Shown: positions 52,337-61,786 of the stretch, in pieces
How positions within the stretch are numbered: position 1 is the first letter of the stretch
How the letters are laid out: every line of letters starts with the position of its first letter
Source of the DNA: Chloroflexota bacterium
GTDB taxonomy: Bacteria > Chloroflexota > Dehalococcoidia > GIF9 > UBA5629
Direction of reading: 5' to 3'
DNA: 64,000 bases
Assembly: GCA_036821185.1 (NCBI GenBank)
Contig: DAISKD010000002.1
Span: forward strand, 17,527 to 81,526
Notes under the pieces: generated by a model
Told to the model about the DNA's origin: nothing
The model's input: the letters and a program-made list of their open reading frames with translations, nothing else
The model's database searches: none
Translations under genes and position numbers: made by a program

Positions 52337-54808
52337 TTATATTTCGCCAAACTCAGTTCGAGCTATTATGTCGTCCTGCAGCGGCTTCGAGAGGTCTATG
52401 AAACGGAAAGAGTAACCTGAAACCTTAACCACAAGGTCAGGGTAATTCTCGGGGTGCTTCTGAGCATCTTTCAAGGTCTCTACATCCACCGGATTGAACT
52501 GTATATGTCTCCCACCCAGTAGGAAGTAAGCCTCGATCATAGAAGTTAATTTGTCTAGACCTTCGTCCGTCTTTATAACACCGGGTGAGAGTCTCATATT
52601 GAACGTCGTACCGCTGCTCAAACAAGCCTTGCACGCTCTGGAAACCGAATGGAGTACCGCCGTGGCTCCGTTAGTTTCCGTACCATTGGTGGGAGATATA
52701 CCGTTGGACACCGGTGCCCTGGCTAACCGACCATCAGCTGAAGCTCCACACACCAGCCCCTCGGTCACGTGAGTCCCGGACGATATCAGCAACGGACGAT
52801 AGCATCCTCCTAACACCCTCGACCTATGGCTTCTGACCTCATGCTCTAAGACGCTGGTAACCCACTCGGCGAGTTCGTCAGCCCTGAGGTCATCATTCCC
52901 GTACTTTGGAGCCTTACGCAGCAGCAGTTGCCGGACGCTCTCAGCACCGGCAAAGTTGTTGCGCAGATGGTTTACCAGCTCCTCCATGGTGAGAAGCTTC
53001 TCCTCAAACACCGCCCAGCGGATGGCACTCAGCGAGTTCGTTACAGTGGCCAGCCCTTGCGCACCCAGTGTTACGTGGCTGTACCGTGCCCCTCCCTGAG
53101 CTATATCGTAGCCGCTTTCCAGACATCCCTCTATCGTTGATGACAGCAGTGGATTGGGGAAATATTTGGCGATCACCTCGTCTTTGATGTCCCCATGCCT
53201 GACCGCGGCACTCACCACGTAAGAAAGCTGTCCTAGAAAAGCCCCCTTTACATCCTCGAAAGTTTTGAAGGTGCTGGCAGGAGGAGTCGGCGCCCCCACA
53301 CGTTTCCCGTCCCGGAATCGGCATCCTTCGTTCAAAGCAAGCTCCAGCACCTGAGTCAAATGAATACCGGTGCCGGCGGTATAGCCATTGTTATTGCACG
53401 AACCGGTAGGTTCGGCACACCCCACGATGGCATAGTCCCGCGCATCCTCAAGCGAATAACCGTCCTTCAACAGGTCCCTGATTATCACCTCGTCGTTGAA
53501 AAATGCAATGCCAGCACCTATACGGAGCGTCTGGCAAGCTCTTTCCAGGAAAGCCCGCGGTGTTCTAGCAGAAATCCTTACGCTGAAGCTCTTGCGCAGA
53601 CCACCTCCAAGGGCATCGTGGGCATCGAGGAACAGGTAAGAGAGCTCGTTGGTCGCATCTTCGCCGTTTCGGTCAACCCCTCCGATGGTGACATTGTTCG
53701 GTCCGAAAACGAGGAAGTGCGATACCTTTATCAGGTACTCCTCCAGATACTCCAACGCCTGTTCTGGCGTTATCAGCCCCTTTTCAATATCCTGCTTATA
53801 ATACGGGTAAAGGAGCTGGTCGAGCCTGCCTACAGTGTGGACCCCGTCATCGCCATAGCTGATTGCCAAGACGACTTGTGTCATCCACACCGATTGCAGT
53901 GCCTCCAAAAAGCTCCGCGGTGGATTAGCCGGCACCCACCGACAGCGTTCGGCTATCTCCAACAACTCTTTTCTTCTCTGTCCCTCCACCTTCTGAGCCA
54001 TCTCTTCAGCCAAAGCCGCGTACCGATTGGAAAAATCGCATACCGCCCTGGCTGCCACTTGAACAGCCTCATAGAAATTCTTTCTGGTCTCGTAATCCTT
54101 GCTATCCTCCTTGAGCTCGCTTAGGGCTTTCGTTGCCCACTCATATATACCATTGAAGCCAATGTTCAGCACCCGTCTCAGCCCAACGATAATATGACCC
54201 TGCAGGTCCACGCTATGTGCCACCTCGGTAGCATCGGGGGCAACGCCCCTTTTTCTCCAAAACTCGGCTTTCAGGCTGCGGAGGTCCCTTCCCTCCCAAT
54301 AAGGGAGTATCTCCTCCTTCAACTCCCGATATACCTCCTCCGGCATATTGATAACCTCACGGTCGAACTCCGGACTATGTCCGCCCATACCCGACAACAG
54401 TTTCAGTCTCTCTTCAGAAAGTTTACCTTCGCGAATCAACAGCGCCTTTCGGATGGCGGCGCTTACCAGGCTTCTTTCGATCCCCACCACACTGGCTACC
54501 GGCTTGAAAGTCTTCGAGCCCACCAGCAGTTCATCCTCGTTTATCCTGATAGACATGTTACCAAGCGTCTCCCTCAAGGCATGTGCTGCACGGAGAGCTG
54601 GCGGCGCCTTCTCCATCTGCTTCCAGGTCCTGGTGTAGTAACGCATTCGCTCGATATCTACTTCGTATGGGCTGGCGAACAGACGCTGCTTCAACCGTTG
54701 TATCCTGTCTGAAAGTGGCCTCTGCTTAACTTGGGTAACTGCCAGGGTCATAACTGTTATCTCCTTTCCATAAATTTCAAATGGCCCTACCGCAACTATT
54801 GTACACAC
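52337..54808 (-). CDS. Glycyl radical enzyme, PFL-fold, eliminase-type Cys loop (paralog 1).
   Basis: The C-terminal glycine-radical motif is VKVSGYSFRFIDL (Gly codon about 52415-52417). The Cys loop is IVGCAEPTG, a single Cys plus Glu rather than the Cys-Cys of PFL. The protein is 823 aa. Confidence 0.85.
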   Translation of the reverse strand: MCTIVAVGPFEIYGKEITVMTLAVTQVKQRPLSDRIQRLKQRLFASPYEVDIERMRYYTRTWKQMEKAPPALRAAHALRETLGNMSIRINEDELLVGSKTFKPVASVVGIERSLVSAAIRKALLIREGKLSEERLKLLSGMGGHSPEFDREVINMPEEVYRELKEEILPYWEGRDLRSLKAEFWRKRGVAPDATEVAHSVDLQGHIIVGLRRVLNIGFNGIYEWATKALSELKEDSKDYETRKNFYEAVQVAARAVCDFSNRYAALAEEMAQKVEGQRRKELLEIAERCRWVPANPPRSFLEALQSVWMTQVVLAISYGDDGVHTVGRLDQLLYPYYKQDIEKGLITPEQALEYLEEYLIKVSHFLVFGPNNVTIGGVDRNGEDATNELSYLFLDAHDALGGGLRKSFSVRISARTPRAFLERACQTLRIGAGIAFFNDEVIIRDLLKDGYSLEDARDYAIVGCAEPTGSCNNNGYTAGTGIHLTQVLELALNEGCRFRDGKRVGAPTPPASTFKTFEDVKGAFLGQLSYVVSAAVRHGDIKDEVIAKYFPNPLLSSTIEGCLESGYDIAQGGARYSHVTLGAQGLATVTNSLSAIRWAVFEEKLLTMEELVNHLRNNFAGAESVRQLLLRKAPKYGNDDLRADELAEWVTSVLEHEVRSHRSRVLGGCYRPLLISSGTHVTEGLVCGASADGRLARAPVSNGISPTNGTETNGATAVLHSVSRACKACLSSGTTFNMRLSPGVIKTDEGLDKLTSMIEAYFLLGGRHIQFNPVDVETLKDAQKHPENYPDLVVKVSGYSFRFIDLSKPLQDDIIARTEFGEI

Positions 54809-55004
54809 TGCTTCTCGCTAACGCAAAAACGGGCTTTATGGGGAAACGCTCGCAAACCCAAGGGCGGCCTTTCAATACCAACCTCACAAGAGATTAACCT
54901 CATAAAAGACGCCGAGCAGACGCAGCTTCAAACGCGCTATCTCCTCCGAAACGGGCTTCTACTCGGCTGGGGCAGTTAAAAGGCTAGTGACTGTGCCCCT
55001 TTAA

Positions 55005-57515
55005 TTAGTTAAGTTGAAACTCGGTCCGGGCGATGATGTCGTCCTGGACACGCTTGGGCAGATCGATGAAACGGAAGGAGAAACCAGAGACCTTGACCAT
55101 CAGGTCGAGATAGTTCTCCGGGTGCTCCTGCGCATCCAGCAACATCTCTTTGCTTAGGGGGTTAAACTGCACCTGTCTGCCACCGAGAGCGAAATAGCCC
55201 TCGATCAAAGAGGCGAACTTGTTCAAGCCCTCTTCGGTCTTTATGCCCAGCGGGTTAACGATGGCATTAAGTATGGTACCGTCGCTCACCGGGACGGCAC
55301 AGACCTTTGCTGCCGAACACATAACAGCCGTCAACCCGTTGCGCTCCGTCCCATTCGAGGGGGTGATCCCGTTGGACAGCGGCGTCCCGGCCAGCCTGCC
55401 ATCAGGGGTAGCACCGATGGTCGCTCCCCAGGCAACATGCGTCGCCGAGGAAAGCATGTACGGTCTGTGGACACCTCCCATCCAGAACCTGTGCTTCCTC
55501 ACCTCCCTGTTATATACATCGGTAATCCACACCGCCAGCTCATCAACGGAAGGGTCATCATTGCCATACTTTGGAGCACGGAGCAAACGCTGCCTTAAGT
55601 CCTCTCTCCCCTGGAAATTGTTGCGCAGACACTCGGCAAGTTTTTCCATCGTGACCAGCTTCTGGTCGAAGACCGCCCACTTGATGGCTGCCAGTGAGTC
55701 GGCAGCTGTAGCCAGCGAGCAGTTGCCGATCGCCGAGTGGTTATAACGGGCACCACCTCGAGTAACGTCCTCGCCGGACTCCACACAGCCTTCGATCGTC
55801 GCCGAAAGCAATGGCAACGGATAATGTTCGGCAATCACCTGATCCTTTAAGTACCCAGCTTTCACACATCCTGCGACAGACCGTGAAAGCTGCTCTTCGA
55901 TCGCCTTCTTAAAATCTTCGAACGTGTTGAGGGAGGACACAGGGGCTGCAGGCGGTGCCACCTGCTTCCATTTCACCGGGTACCTTCTGCCCTCATGCAA
56001 CACCAACTCTAGGACAGCCGCCAGCAGGACACCGTTGGTGGCGGTGTAGCCGTTATTGTTCCCGGTACCAGTGGGCTCAGCACAGCCCACAATAGAGTAG
56101 TCCCTGGCATCTTCCAGCGAATAGCCATCCTCCAGAAGCCCCTTGATCACCACATCGTCATTGTAAAAAGCGACGCCGGCACAGTCCCGGTGGACTTCAC
56201 ATGCTTTAGTCAGGAACTCCCGCGGTGTCTTTCCTGGATAAATCCTTACCGCCAGCCCGGACCGCCCACAGCCCTTCAGTCTCCTGTGGGCTTCAAGGAA
56301 AAGATAGCTCACCTCATTTACTGCATCCTCGCCGTCCCTGTCGATTCCACCGATGGTCACATTATTGGGACCAAAATATACATTGGTGGCGAGCTTTACA
56401 ATGTACTCCATGATGGCCTCAAGGGCTTGTTCTCGGGTGAGCCTCCCAGCTTCAATATCACGCTTGTAGTATGGATAGAGGAACTGGTCCACCCTGCCCG
56501 GGCAGGTAATAGAGTTGCCACCGTAGCTGATCAACACCGCCACCTGGGTCAGCCAGACAGCCTGAACCGCTTCCATGAAGTTCCGTGGCGGGTTGGCTGG
56601 CACCCAGCGGCAACGCTCAGCTATTTCCAATAACTCTCCCCTCCTCTGTCCGCTAGCCTTTTGTGCCATCTCTTCAGCCAGCCGGGCATAGCGCTCGGCA
56701 AAATGGCACACCGCCCCGGCAACAATCTGCACCGCCTCCAGAAAGTCCTTCTTCCTTAGATAAGCCTTTTCCCCAAGCTTCCCCCTCTCGAAATCCGCCC
56801 GAAATGCAGCCAGCTTCTCTGCCGCCTGACGGGCAATGCCCTTGAAACCCATATCCAGAACCTTCTTAATCCCCACAATCACATGTCCCTGGGGCGGAAC
56901 ATCGCTGACAAACCACCCCCCCAGCGCTCTGGTACTGCCATCCTCAGCGATGATGCCGTTCTCCTTCCAGGCAGCCAGCTTGAGGACATGGACAGTCTTG
57001 TCCTTCCAGTAAGGCACTATCTCCTCTTTAAGCTCGCGGTACTCTTCCTCCGAAATGTTCGGCATTTCCTTCCAGAAACTCGGGCCCCTTGCCCCGAGGG
57101 CACCTCCGCGGACTTCTGCAGCCTCCGCCACCCATTCCTCCACCGTTTTCCCGGTGCCGTACAGAGATAACGCCAGGAAGATATGGGGTTGACCCACAGA
57201 AGCCTCAACATAAATGGGATCAGCCCAGTCTTTGCTCGACTTGGAGCCTACGATCAGCTCCTCATCCTCGATCCTGATGGGTATATTATGCAGCGTCTCT
57301 TCCAGCCCCTTGGCGGCACGAAAACACGGGGGCTGTCCTTCGGTCTGCTTGTATGCCCTGGTATAGTGCTTTGCCCTTTCGATGTCCAGCTTGAAAGTGG
57401 TGGCAAGTAAGCGCTCCCGCATCTTCCTGATGCGCTCCGGGACATATCCCGCCTGCGAAGCAACCCCGGCCTCCTGCCGGCTTACCGCGATTTTAGTAGT
57501 CTCCATGGCGTCCAC
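55005..57515 (-). CDS. Glycyl radical enzyme, PFL-fold, eliminase-type Cys loop (paralog 2).
   Basis: 836 aa with VKVSGFSFRFIDL (Gly codon about 55083-55085) and IVGCAEPTG. It is closely paralogous to the 823-aa protein. Confidence 0.85.
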   Translation of the reverse strand: MDAMETTKIAVSRQEAGVASQAGYVPERIRKMRERLLATTFKLDIERAKHYTRAYKQTEGQPPCFRAAKGLEETLHNIPIRIEDEELIVGSKSSKDWADPIYVEASVGQPHIFLALSLYGTGKTVEEWVAEAAEVRGGALGARGPSFWKEMPNISEEEYRELKEEIVPYWKDKTVHVLKLAAWKENGIIAEDGSTRALGGWFVSDVPPQGHVIVGIKKVLDMGFKGIARQAAEKLAAFRADFERGKLGEKAYLRKKDFLEAVQIVAGAVCHFAERYARLAEEMAQKASGQRRGELLEIAERCRWVPANPPRNFMEAVQAVWLTQVAVLISYGGNSITCPGRVDQFLYPYYKRDIEAGRLTREQALEAIMEYIVKLATNVYFGPNNVTIGGIDRDGEDAVNEVSYLFLEAHRRLKGCGRSGLAVRIYPGKTPREFLTKACEVHRDCAGVAFYNDDVVIKGLLEDGYSLEDARDYSIVGCAEPTGTGNNNGYTATNGVLLAAVLELVLHEGRRYPVKWKQVAPPAAPVSSLNTFEDFKKAIEEQLSRSVAGCVKAGYLKDQVIAEHYPLPLLSATIEGCVESGEDVTRGGARYNHSAIGNCSLATAADSLAAIKWAVFDQKLVTMEKLAECLRNNFQGREDLRQRLLRAPKYGNDDPSVDELAVWITDVYNREVRKHRFWMGGVHRPYMLSSATHVAWGATIGATPDGRLAGTPLSNGITPSNGTERNGLTAVMCSAAKVCAVPVSDGTILNAIVNPLGIKTEEGLNKFASLIEGYFALGGRQVQFNPLSKEMLLDAQEHPENYLDLMVKVSGFSFRFIDLPKRVQDDIIARTEFQLN

Positions 57516-57712
57516 CTTCGTAAAAATCTAGTACTGCAAGACTTCGACTACAAAAATTGTACACCTTTTCCTTAAAAAACAAAACGCCACTGGTTGTACC
57601 GGTCGGCCAGTTTGACGCTGCTTCGGTCATATGGTATCATTCACGATTGTGTCCACCAGTGCGTGACACGCCTCGGACACGTAGTTGATCTGAAAGGAAA
57701 AAGGAGTGCGTT

Positions 57713-58807
57713 ATGATTTCATTCAGTCCCACCGAAGAACAACAGATGATAGTGAATATGGTGAAGCAGTTCGCCACCGACGAGATGCGCAAAATCTATC
57801 GGGAGTGCGACGAGAGCGGCGAGGTCCCTCAGAGGCTCATCGAAACAGCATGGGGGCTGGGGCTTACCTCGAGTTGCATCCCCGAGGGGTATGGCGGCGC
57901 CGGTGGTGAGCGCTCGGTGCTCACCGGGGCACTCATCGCCGAAGAGCTAGCCTGGGGCGACCTGTCGATGGCGATGCACATCCTCTGCCCCTCCCTGTTC
58001 GTCCTGCCCATCCTGGAAATGGGTACCGAGGAGCAGAAGAAAAAATACCTCCCCATGTTCTGCGGTGCCAAATTCACCGCAGCCACTGCGGCTCTGATAG
58101 AGCCCAAGTTCAATTTCGACCCCAACGAGCTGTCTACCACGGCACGGAGAGACGGCAATAACTACATCCTCAACGGCGAAAAGTGCTATGTGCCACTGGC
58201 TGCCGAATCGGAGGCTATCCTGGTATATGCCGCTGAAGACGGGCAGACACAAGGGTTCATTGTAGAAAAGGGAACGCCGGGACTGGAGATAAAGGAACGG
58301 GAAAAGAACATGGGTATCAAAGCCCTGGCGACTTACGAGCTGTCGCTAAAGGACTGCCGCGTGCCCAGGGAGAACCGCCTCGGCGGAGAAAAGGCGTGCG
58401 ACTTTAACCGCTTGCTCAACTGTTCCCGTGTAGCCTTAGCAACGATGGCAGTTGGGGTGGCGAAGGCATCCTATGAATATGCCCGGGACTACGCCAAGAC
58501 GCGCGTTGCCTTTGGTGAGCCCATAGCCTCAAGACAGGCCATCGCCTTTATGCTCGCTGAGACAGCTATCGAAATAGATGCTACCAGGCTGATGGTATGG
58601 GAAGCCGCCTGGATGCTGGACAAGAAGATGGAAGCGACCAGAGAGTCCTCACTGGTCAAGCTGTACGCTGATGATATGGTGATGACCGCCACCGATAGAG
58701 GAGTGCAGATCCTGGGCGGGCACGGCTACATCCGCGAACACCCGGTGGAGCTCTGGTTCCGCAACGGTCGAGGTTTCGCCACCTTCGATGGCATGGCTAT
58801 GGTATAA
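57713..58807 (+). CDS. Acyl-CoA dehydrogenase family protein lacking the C-terminal YEGT catalytic-Glu motif; a likely non-catalytic partner subunit.
   Basis: An ACAD fold of 364 aa. The C-terminus reads ...HGYIREHPVELWFRNGRGFATFDG with no YEG(T/S) and no Glu at the base position. An AAGGAG RBS is present. Confidence 0.7.
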   Translation: MISFSPTEEQQMIVNMVKQFATDEMRKIYRECDESGEVPQRLIETAWGLGLTSSCIPEGYGGAGGERSVLTGALIAEELAWGDLSMAMHILCPSLFVLPILEMGTEEQKKKYLPMFCGAKFTAATAALIEPKFNFDPNELSTTARRDGNNYILNGEKCYVPLAAESEAILVYAAEDGQTQGFIVEKGTPGLEIKEREKNMGIKALATYELSLKDCRVPRENRLGGEKACDFNRLLNCSRVALATMAVGVAKASYEYARDYAKTRVAFGEPIASRQAIAFMLAETAIEIDATRLMVWEAAWMLDKKMEATRESSLVKLYADDMVMTATDRGVQILGGHGYIREHPVELWFRNGRGFATFDGMAMV

Positions 58808-58827
58808 CATTAAGGAGGTATTGACCG

Positions 58828-60021
58828 ATGATAGACTTCGAACTTTCAGCCGAGGATAAAGCAACCATAGAGGCAGCGCACAAATATGCTGAAGAGCTCT
58901 TTCGTCCCCTCAGCCGCTACTACGATGAACACGAGCATGAAGACCCTAAGGAACTCATCGAAAAGTGGGTGGGCTTAAGGTCGCAAGGCAGTATCTTCGG
59001 TCTCGGTGTAGCTGCAGCTCTGAGGGTAGAGGAGTTCTGCTGGGGCGATGCCGGGCTGATGCTGGCGATGCCCGGTCCGGGGCTGGGCGGTGCTGCTGTG
59101 TTCGCCTCCGGCACCAGGGAACAGATAGAGAGGTTCCTCAAGCGGTACGGCGAGGACAAGCCCTGCTGGGGTGCCATGGCAATGACCGAACCCCACTGCG
59201 GTTCAGACACCGCAGCCATCAACGCCACCGCCGTCCGCGACGGCAATGAATGGGTAATTAACGGCGAAAAGATCTTCGTCACCGCCGGCAAACGGGCGAT
59301 GGAGGACTCCAACGGGCTGACCGTCGTCTGGGCTACGGTGGACAAGACCGCTGGCAGGGCTGGAATGAAACCGTTCGTCGTCGAAGCTGGTACCCCGGGT
59401 GTAAAGGTGGAGAAAAAGGAGAAGAAGCTGGGCATCAGGGCCAGCGATACCGTCACCCTAGTCTTCGACAACTGCCGCATCCCCTTCGACAACATCCTCG
59501 GTAGCCCTGAGGTGAGGCAAGTCGACCGCACGGACACCGCTGGCTTCAAGAAGGCGATGGCAACCTTCGATGCCACCCGCCCCATCATCGCCGCCATGGC
59601 CATCGGCATCGCCAGGGCAGCGCTCGACTTCGTTAAGGAAACGCTGGAGAAGGAAGGTATCAAGGTCCGTTATGGACTACACCGCCAGAAACTCACCGCC
59701 CTGGAACGGGACGTTATGGAAATGGAGTCCCAATACAAGGCAGCCAAGATGTTGATGCTACGGGCGGTATGGATGATGAGCCAGCTCAAACCCAATAACC
59801 TTGAGTCCTCAATGGCCAAGGTAAAGGCTGGACTCGCCGCCACCAAAATCACCCAGAAGGCTGTGGAAATACTGGGACCGCTGGGCTACTCCAGGAAATA
59901 CTTGGTGGAAAAGTGGATGCGCGATGCCAAGATAAACGACATCTTCGAAGGCACCGGTCAGATAAATATGCTGGTGGTAGCACGCCGCATCCTTGACTTT
60001 ACCAGAGAACAGCTTAAATAG
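58828..60021 (+). CDS. Acyl-CoA dehydrogenase.
   Basis: An ACAD fold of 397 aa with the catalytic-base motif DIFEGTGQIN (YEGT-like). It starts 20 nt after the previous ACAD gene. Confidence 0.8.
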   Translation: MIDFELSAEDKATIEAAHKYAEELFRPLSRYYDEHEHEDPKELIEKWVGLRSQGSIFGLGVAAALRVEEFCWGDAGLMLAMPGPGLGGAAVFASGTREQIERFLKRYGEDKPCWGAMAMTEPHCGSDTAAINATAVRDGNEWVINGEKIFVTAGKRAMEDSNGLTVVWATVDKTAGRAGMKPFVVEAGTPGVKVEKKEKKLGIRASDTVTLVFDNCRIPFDNILGSPEVRQVDRTDTAGFKKAMATFDATRPIIAAMAIGIARAALDFVKETLEKEGIKVRYGLHRQKLTALERDVMEMESQYKAAKMLMLRAVWMMSQLKPNNLESSMAKVKAGLAATKITQKAVEILGPLGYSRKYLVEKWMRDAKINDIFEGTGQINMLVVARRILDFTREQLK

Positions 60022-60062
60022 TTCAGACACTTGATATCGTACGGTCTGGAGGGGCTGGCGCG

Positions 60063-60391
60063 ATGAAAGTGGTTTACCATTCCCGATTCCTGGAGGTCTA
60101 CGCCTCCAACCCCGCCGCCAGCCCCGGCAGGCTGGAACCCATCCTAGAGGAACTACGCCACCTCCAGTTCGTTGAACCCGAACCGGCTACCGAAGAAGAC
60201 CTGCTCAGAGTACATACCCGGCAGCATGTAGAGTCCATTAAAAGGGAGACGACTATAACCCCATCGGAAGGCTTATCAAAAGAGCAGCAGAGAGGAACTG
60301 CCAGGGCAGAAGGTTCGCCGTCCTCGAAGGTGGCTATAACCACAGCGTGCTGGACAAAAACGTCAGAGCTTTTGTGGAGGGACTGGACTGA
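60063..60391 (+). pseudogene. Remnant of a histone deacetylase/acetoin-utilization (HDAC) family gene. The N-terminal ~60 aa are joined out of frame to the C-terminal ~45 aa, and the catalytic core is deleted.
   Basis: The N-terminal frame reads MKVVYHSRFLEVYASNPAASPGRLEPI...EEDLLRVHTRQHVESIK, the HDAC N-terminal signature. The +1 frame from about 60242 reads ...RRFAVLEGGYNHSVLDKNVRAFVEGLD*, the HDAC C-terminal EGGY motif. There are no metal-binding D/H core residues in between. Confidence 0.5.
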
Positions 60392-60400
60392 GCTCTGTCT

Positions 60401-61348
60401 CTACGGTGGGCACTTGGCGCAGACGGAGCGGAACAAGGTGGTGCTGAGATAGCGGTCCCCACGGTCCGGTAGTATGACAACGATGGTGCCGGAGCGCATC
60501 CTCTTCGCCAGCCGCAGTGCTCCCACCACGGCAGCACCGCTTGACATACCGACAAACAGCCCTTCTTTGACCGCTAACAGCCTAGTCGTCTCAAAAGCCT
60601 CCTCGTCTTCAACCACCACCTTGTCGTCGCAGAGCTCCGGACGATAAATCTTGGGTACGATGGACTCACTCAGGTTTTTCAAACCCTGGATGGCGTGACC
60701 TACAGTGGGCTCAACAGCCACAATTTTGACCTCTGGTTTTTTCTCCTTAAAGTATTTCGATACCCCCATCAGCGTGCCCGTCGTCCCGATGCCGGCCACG
60801 AACACATCCACCTCTCCATTCGTCTGAGAGAAGATCTCCGGACCAGTAGTCTCATAGTGAGCAAGCACGTTGTACTCATTATCGAACTGGTTGGGCATAT
60901 AGTATTTTTCCGGCTCCTCCATCACAAGCTGGTGCGCCCTTCTGATGGCACCGTCGGTGCCCTCGTCACCCGGCGTCAGCACCACCTCAGCCCCGAAAGC
61001 AGTAAGAGTGCGCTGTCTCTCCACGCTGACGCACTCCGGCATAAAAAGCTTTACCCGGTAGCCTCTGGCAGCGCCCATCATCGCCAGCGCAATGCCCATA
61101 TTCCCTGATGTCGGCTCCACTATCGTTTTCTGCGGGGTAAGCTCACCGCTCGCTTCAGCTTTCATTATCATGTAATATGCCGGGCGGTCTTTGACCGAGC
61201 CACCAGGATTAGCGCCTTCGAACTTTCCCAAAATGCGCACCTTCGGATTACCGTTGAGGTTGGTCAGCTCCACCAGCGGCGTATTGCCGATGGTACTAAA
61301 CAAGCTAAACTTTCCAGTTGCAGTTTTCAGACTTGCCCTGTTTCTCAA
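60401..61348 (-). CDS. cysK: Cysteine synthase (PLP-dependent O-acetylserine sulfhydrylase).
   Basis: The PLP-Lys motif region NPGGSVKDRPA, glycine-rich loops, and a length of 315 aa. Confidence 0.85.
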   Translation of the reverse strand: MRNRASLKTATGKFSLFSTIGNTPLVELTNLNGNPKVRILGKFEGANPGGSVKDRPAYYMIMKAEASGELTPQKTIVEPTSGNMGIALAMMGAARGYRVKLFMPECVSVERQRTLTAFGAEVVLTPGDEGTDGAIRRAHQLVMEEPEKYYMPNQFDNEYNVLAHYETTGPEIFSQTNGEVDVFVAGIGTTGTLMGVSKYFKEKKPEVKIVAVEPTVGHAIQGLKNLSESIVPKIYRPELCDDKVVVEDEEAFETTRLLAVKEGLFVGMSSGAAVVGALRLAKRMRSGTIVVILPDRGDRYLSTTLFRSVCAKCPP

Positions 61349-61502
61349 TCTGCCACCGTGCCTGCAGAAAATTTTTTATCCTGACAAAACATACCAAGTT
61401 TACGACAAATGCCACCGCCGTATCAAGCCACACACCAGCTAGAACTCGGACTGCCGCGCCTTGCCCACCGGACAGGGGCACCTTCGCACGTCCTACGGCA
61501 AA

Positions 61503-61691
61503 TTATGCTGTCGAAAGCTTGACCGCAGCGTATATGGTAAAAGCAACGATGGCGAGCAGAATGACCGCGCCCATGGCTATGGCTAGCTTGACCCTGCCCA
61601 CCTTTGCCCCCAGAAAATCACCAAACAGCATTGACACCGCAACACCGACGACTATCTCCACCAGCGTGATCGCAGTCTTAAGTTCGGGCAT
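61503..61691 (-). CDS. Small hypothetical membrane protein with two transmembrane helices.
   Basis: A 62-aa hydrophobic protein. An AGGAGG RBS lies 8 nt upstream of the ATG. Confidence 0.45.
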   Translation of the reverse strand: MPELKTAITLVEIVVGVAVSMLFGDFLGAKVGRVKLAIAMGAVILLAIVAFTIYAAVKLSTA

Positions 61692-61786
61692 ACTTTTTAT
61701 CCTCCTTTTGGTGTTAAATTATACTACAACCAAGCACCACAACAACTCTTTACGCCACAGCTACCTTCTGCTATCATCGGAGGGCT

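Noticed and set aside
54809-55004. The 196-nt spacer between the two GRE genes as a possible internal promoter or terminator.
   Set aside because: It contains only imperfect inverted repeats (GCCGAG...CTCGGC with a loop of about 40 nt) and no convincing -35/-10 or stem-plus-U-tract. It is left unannotated.
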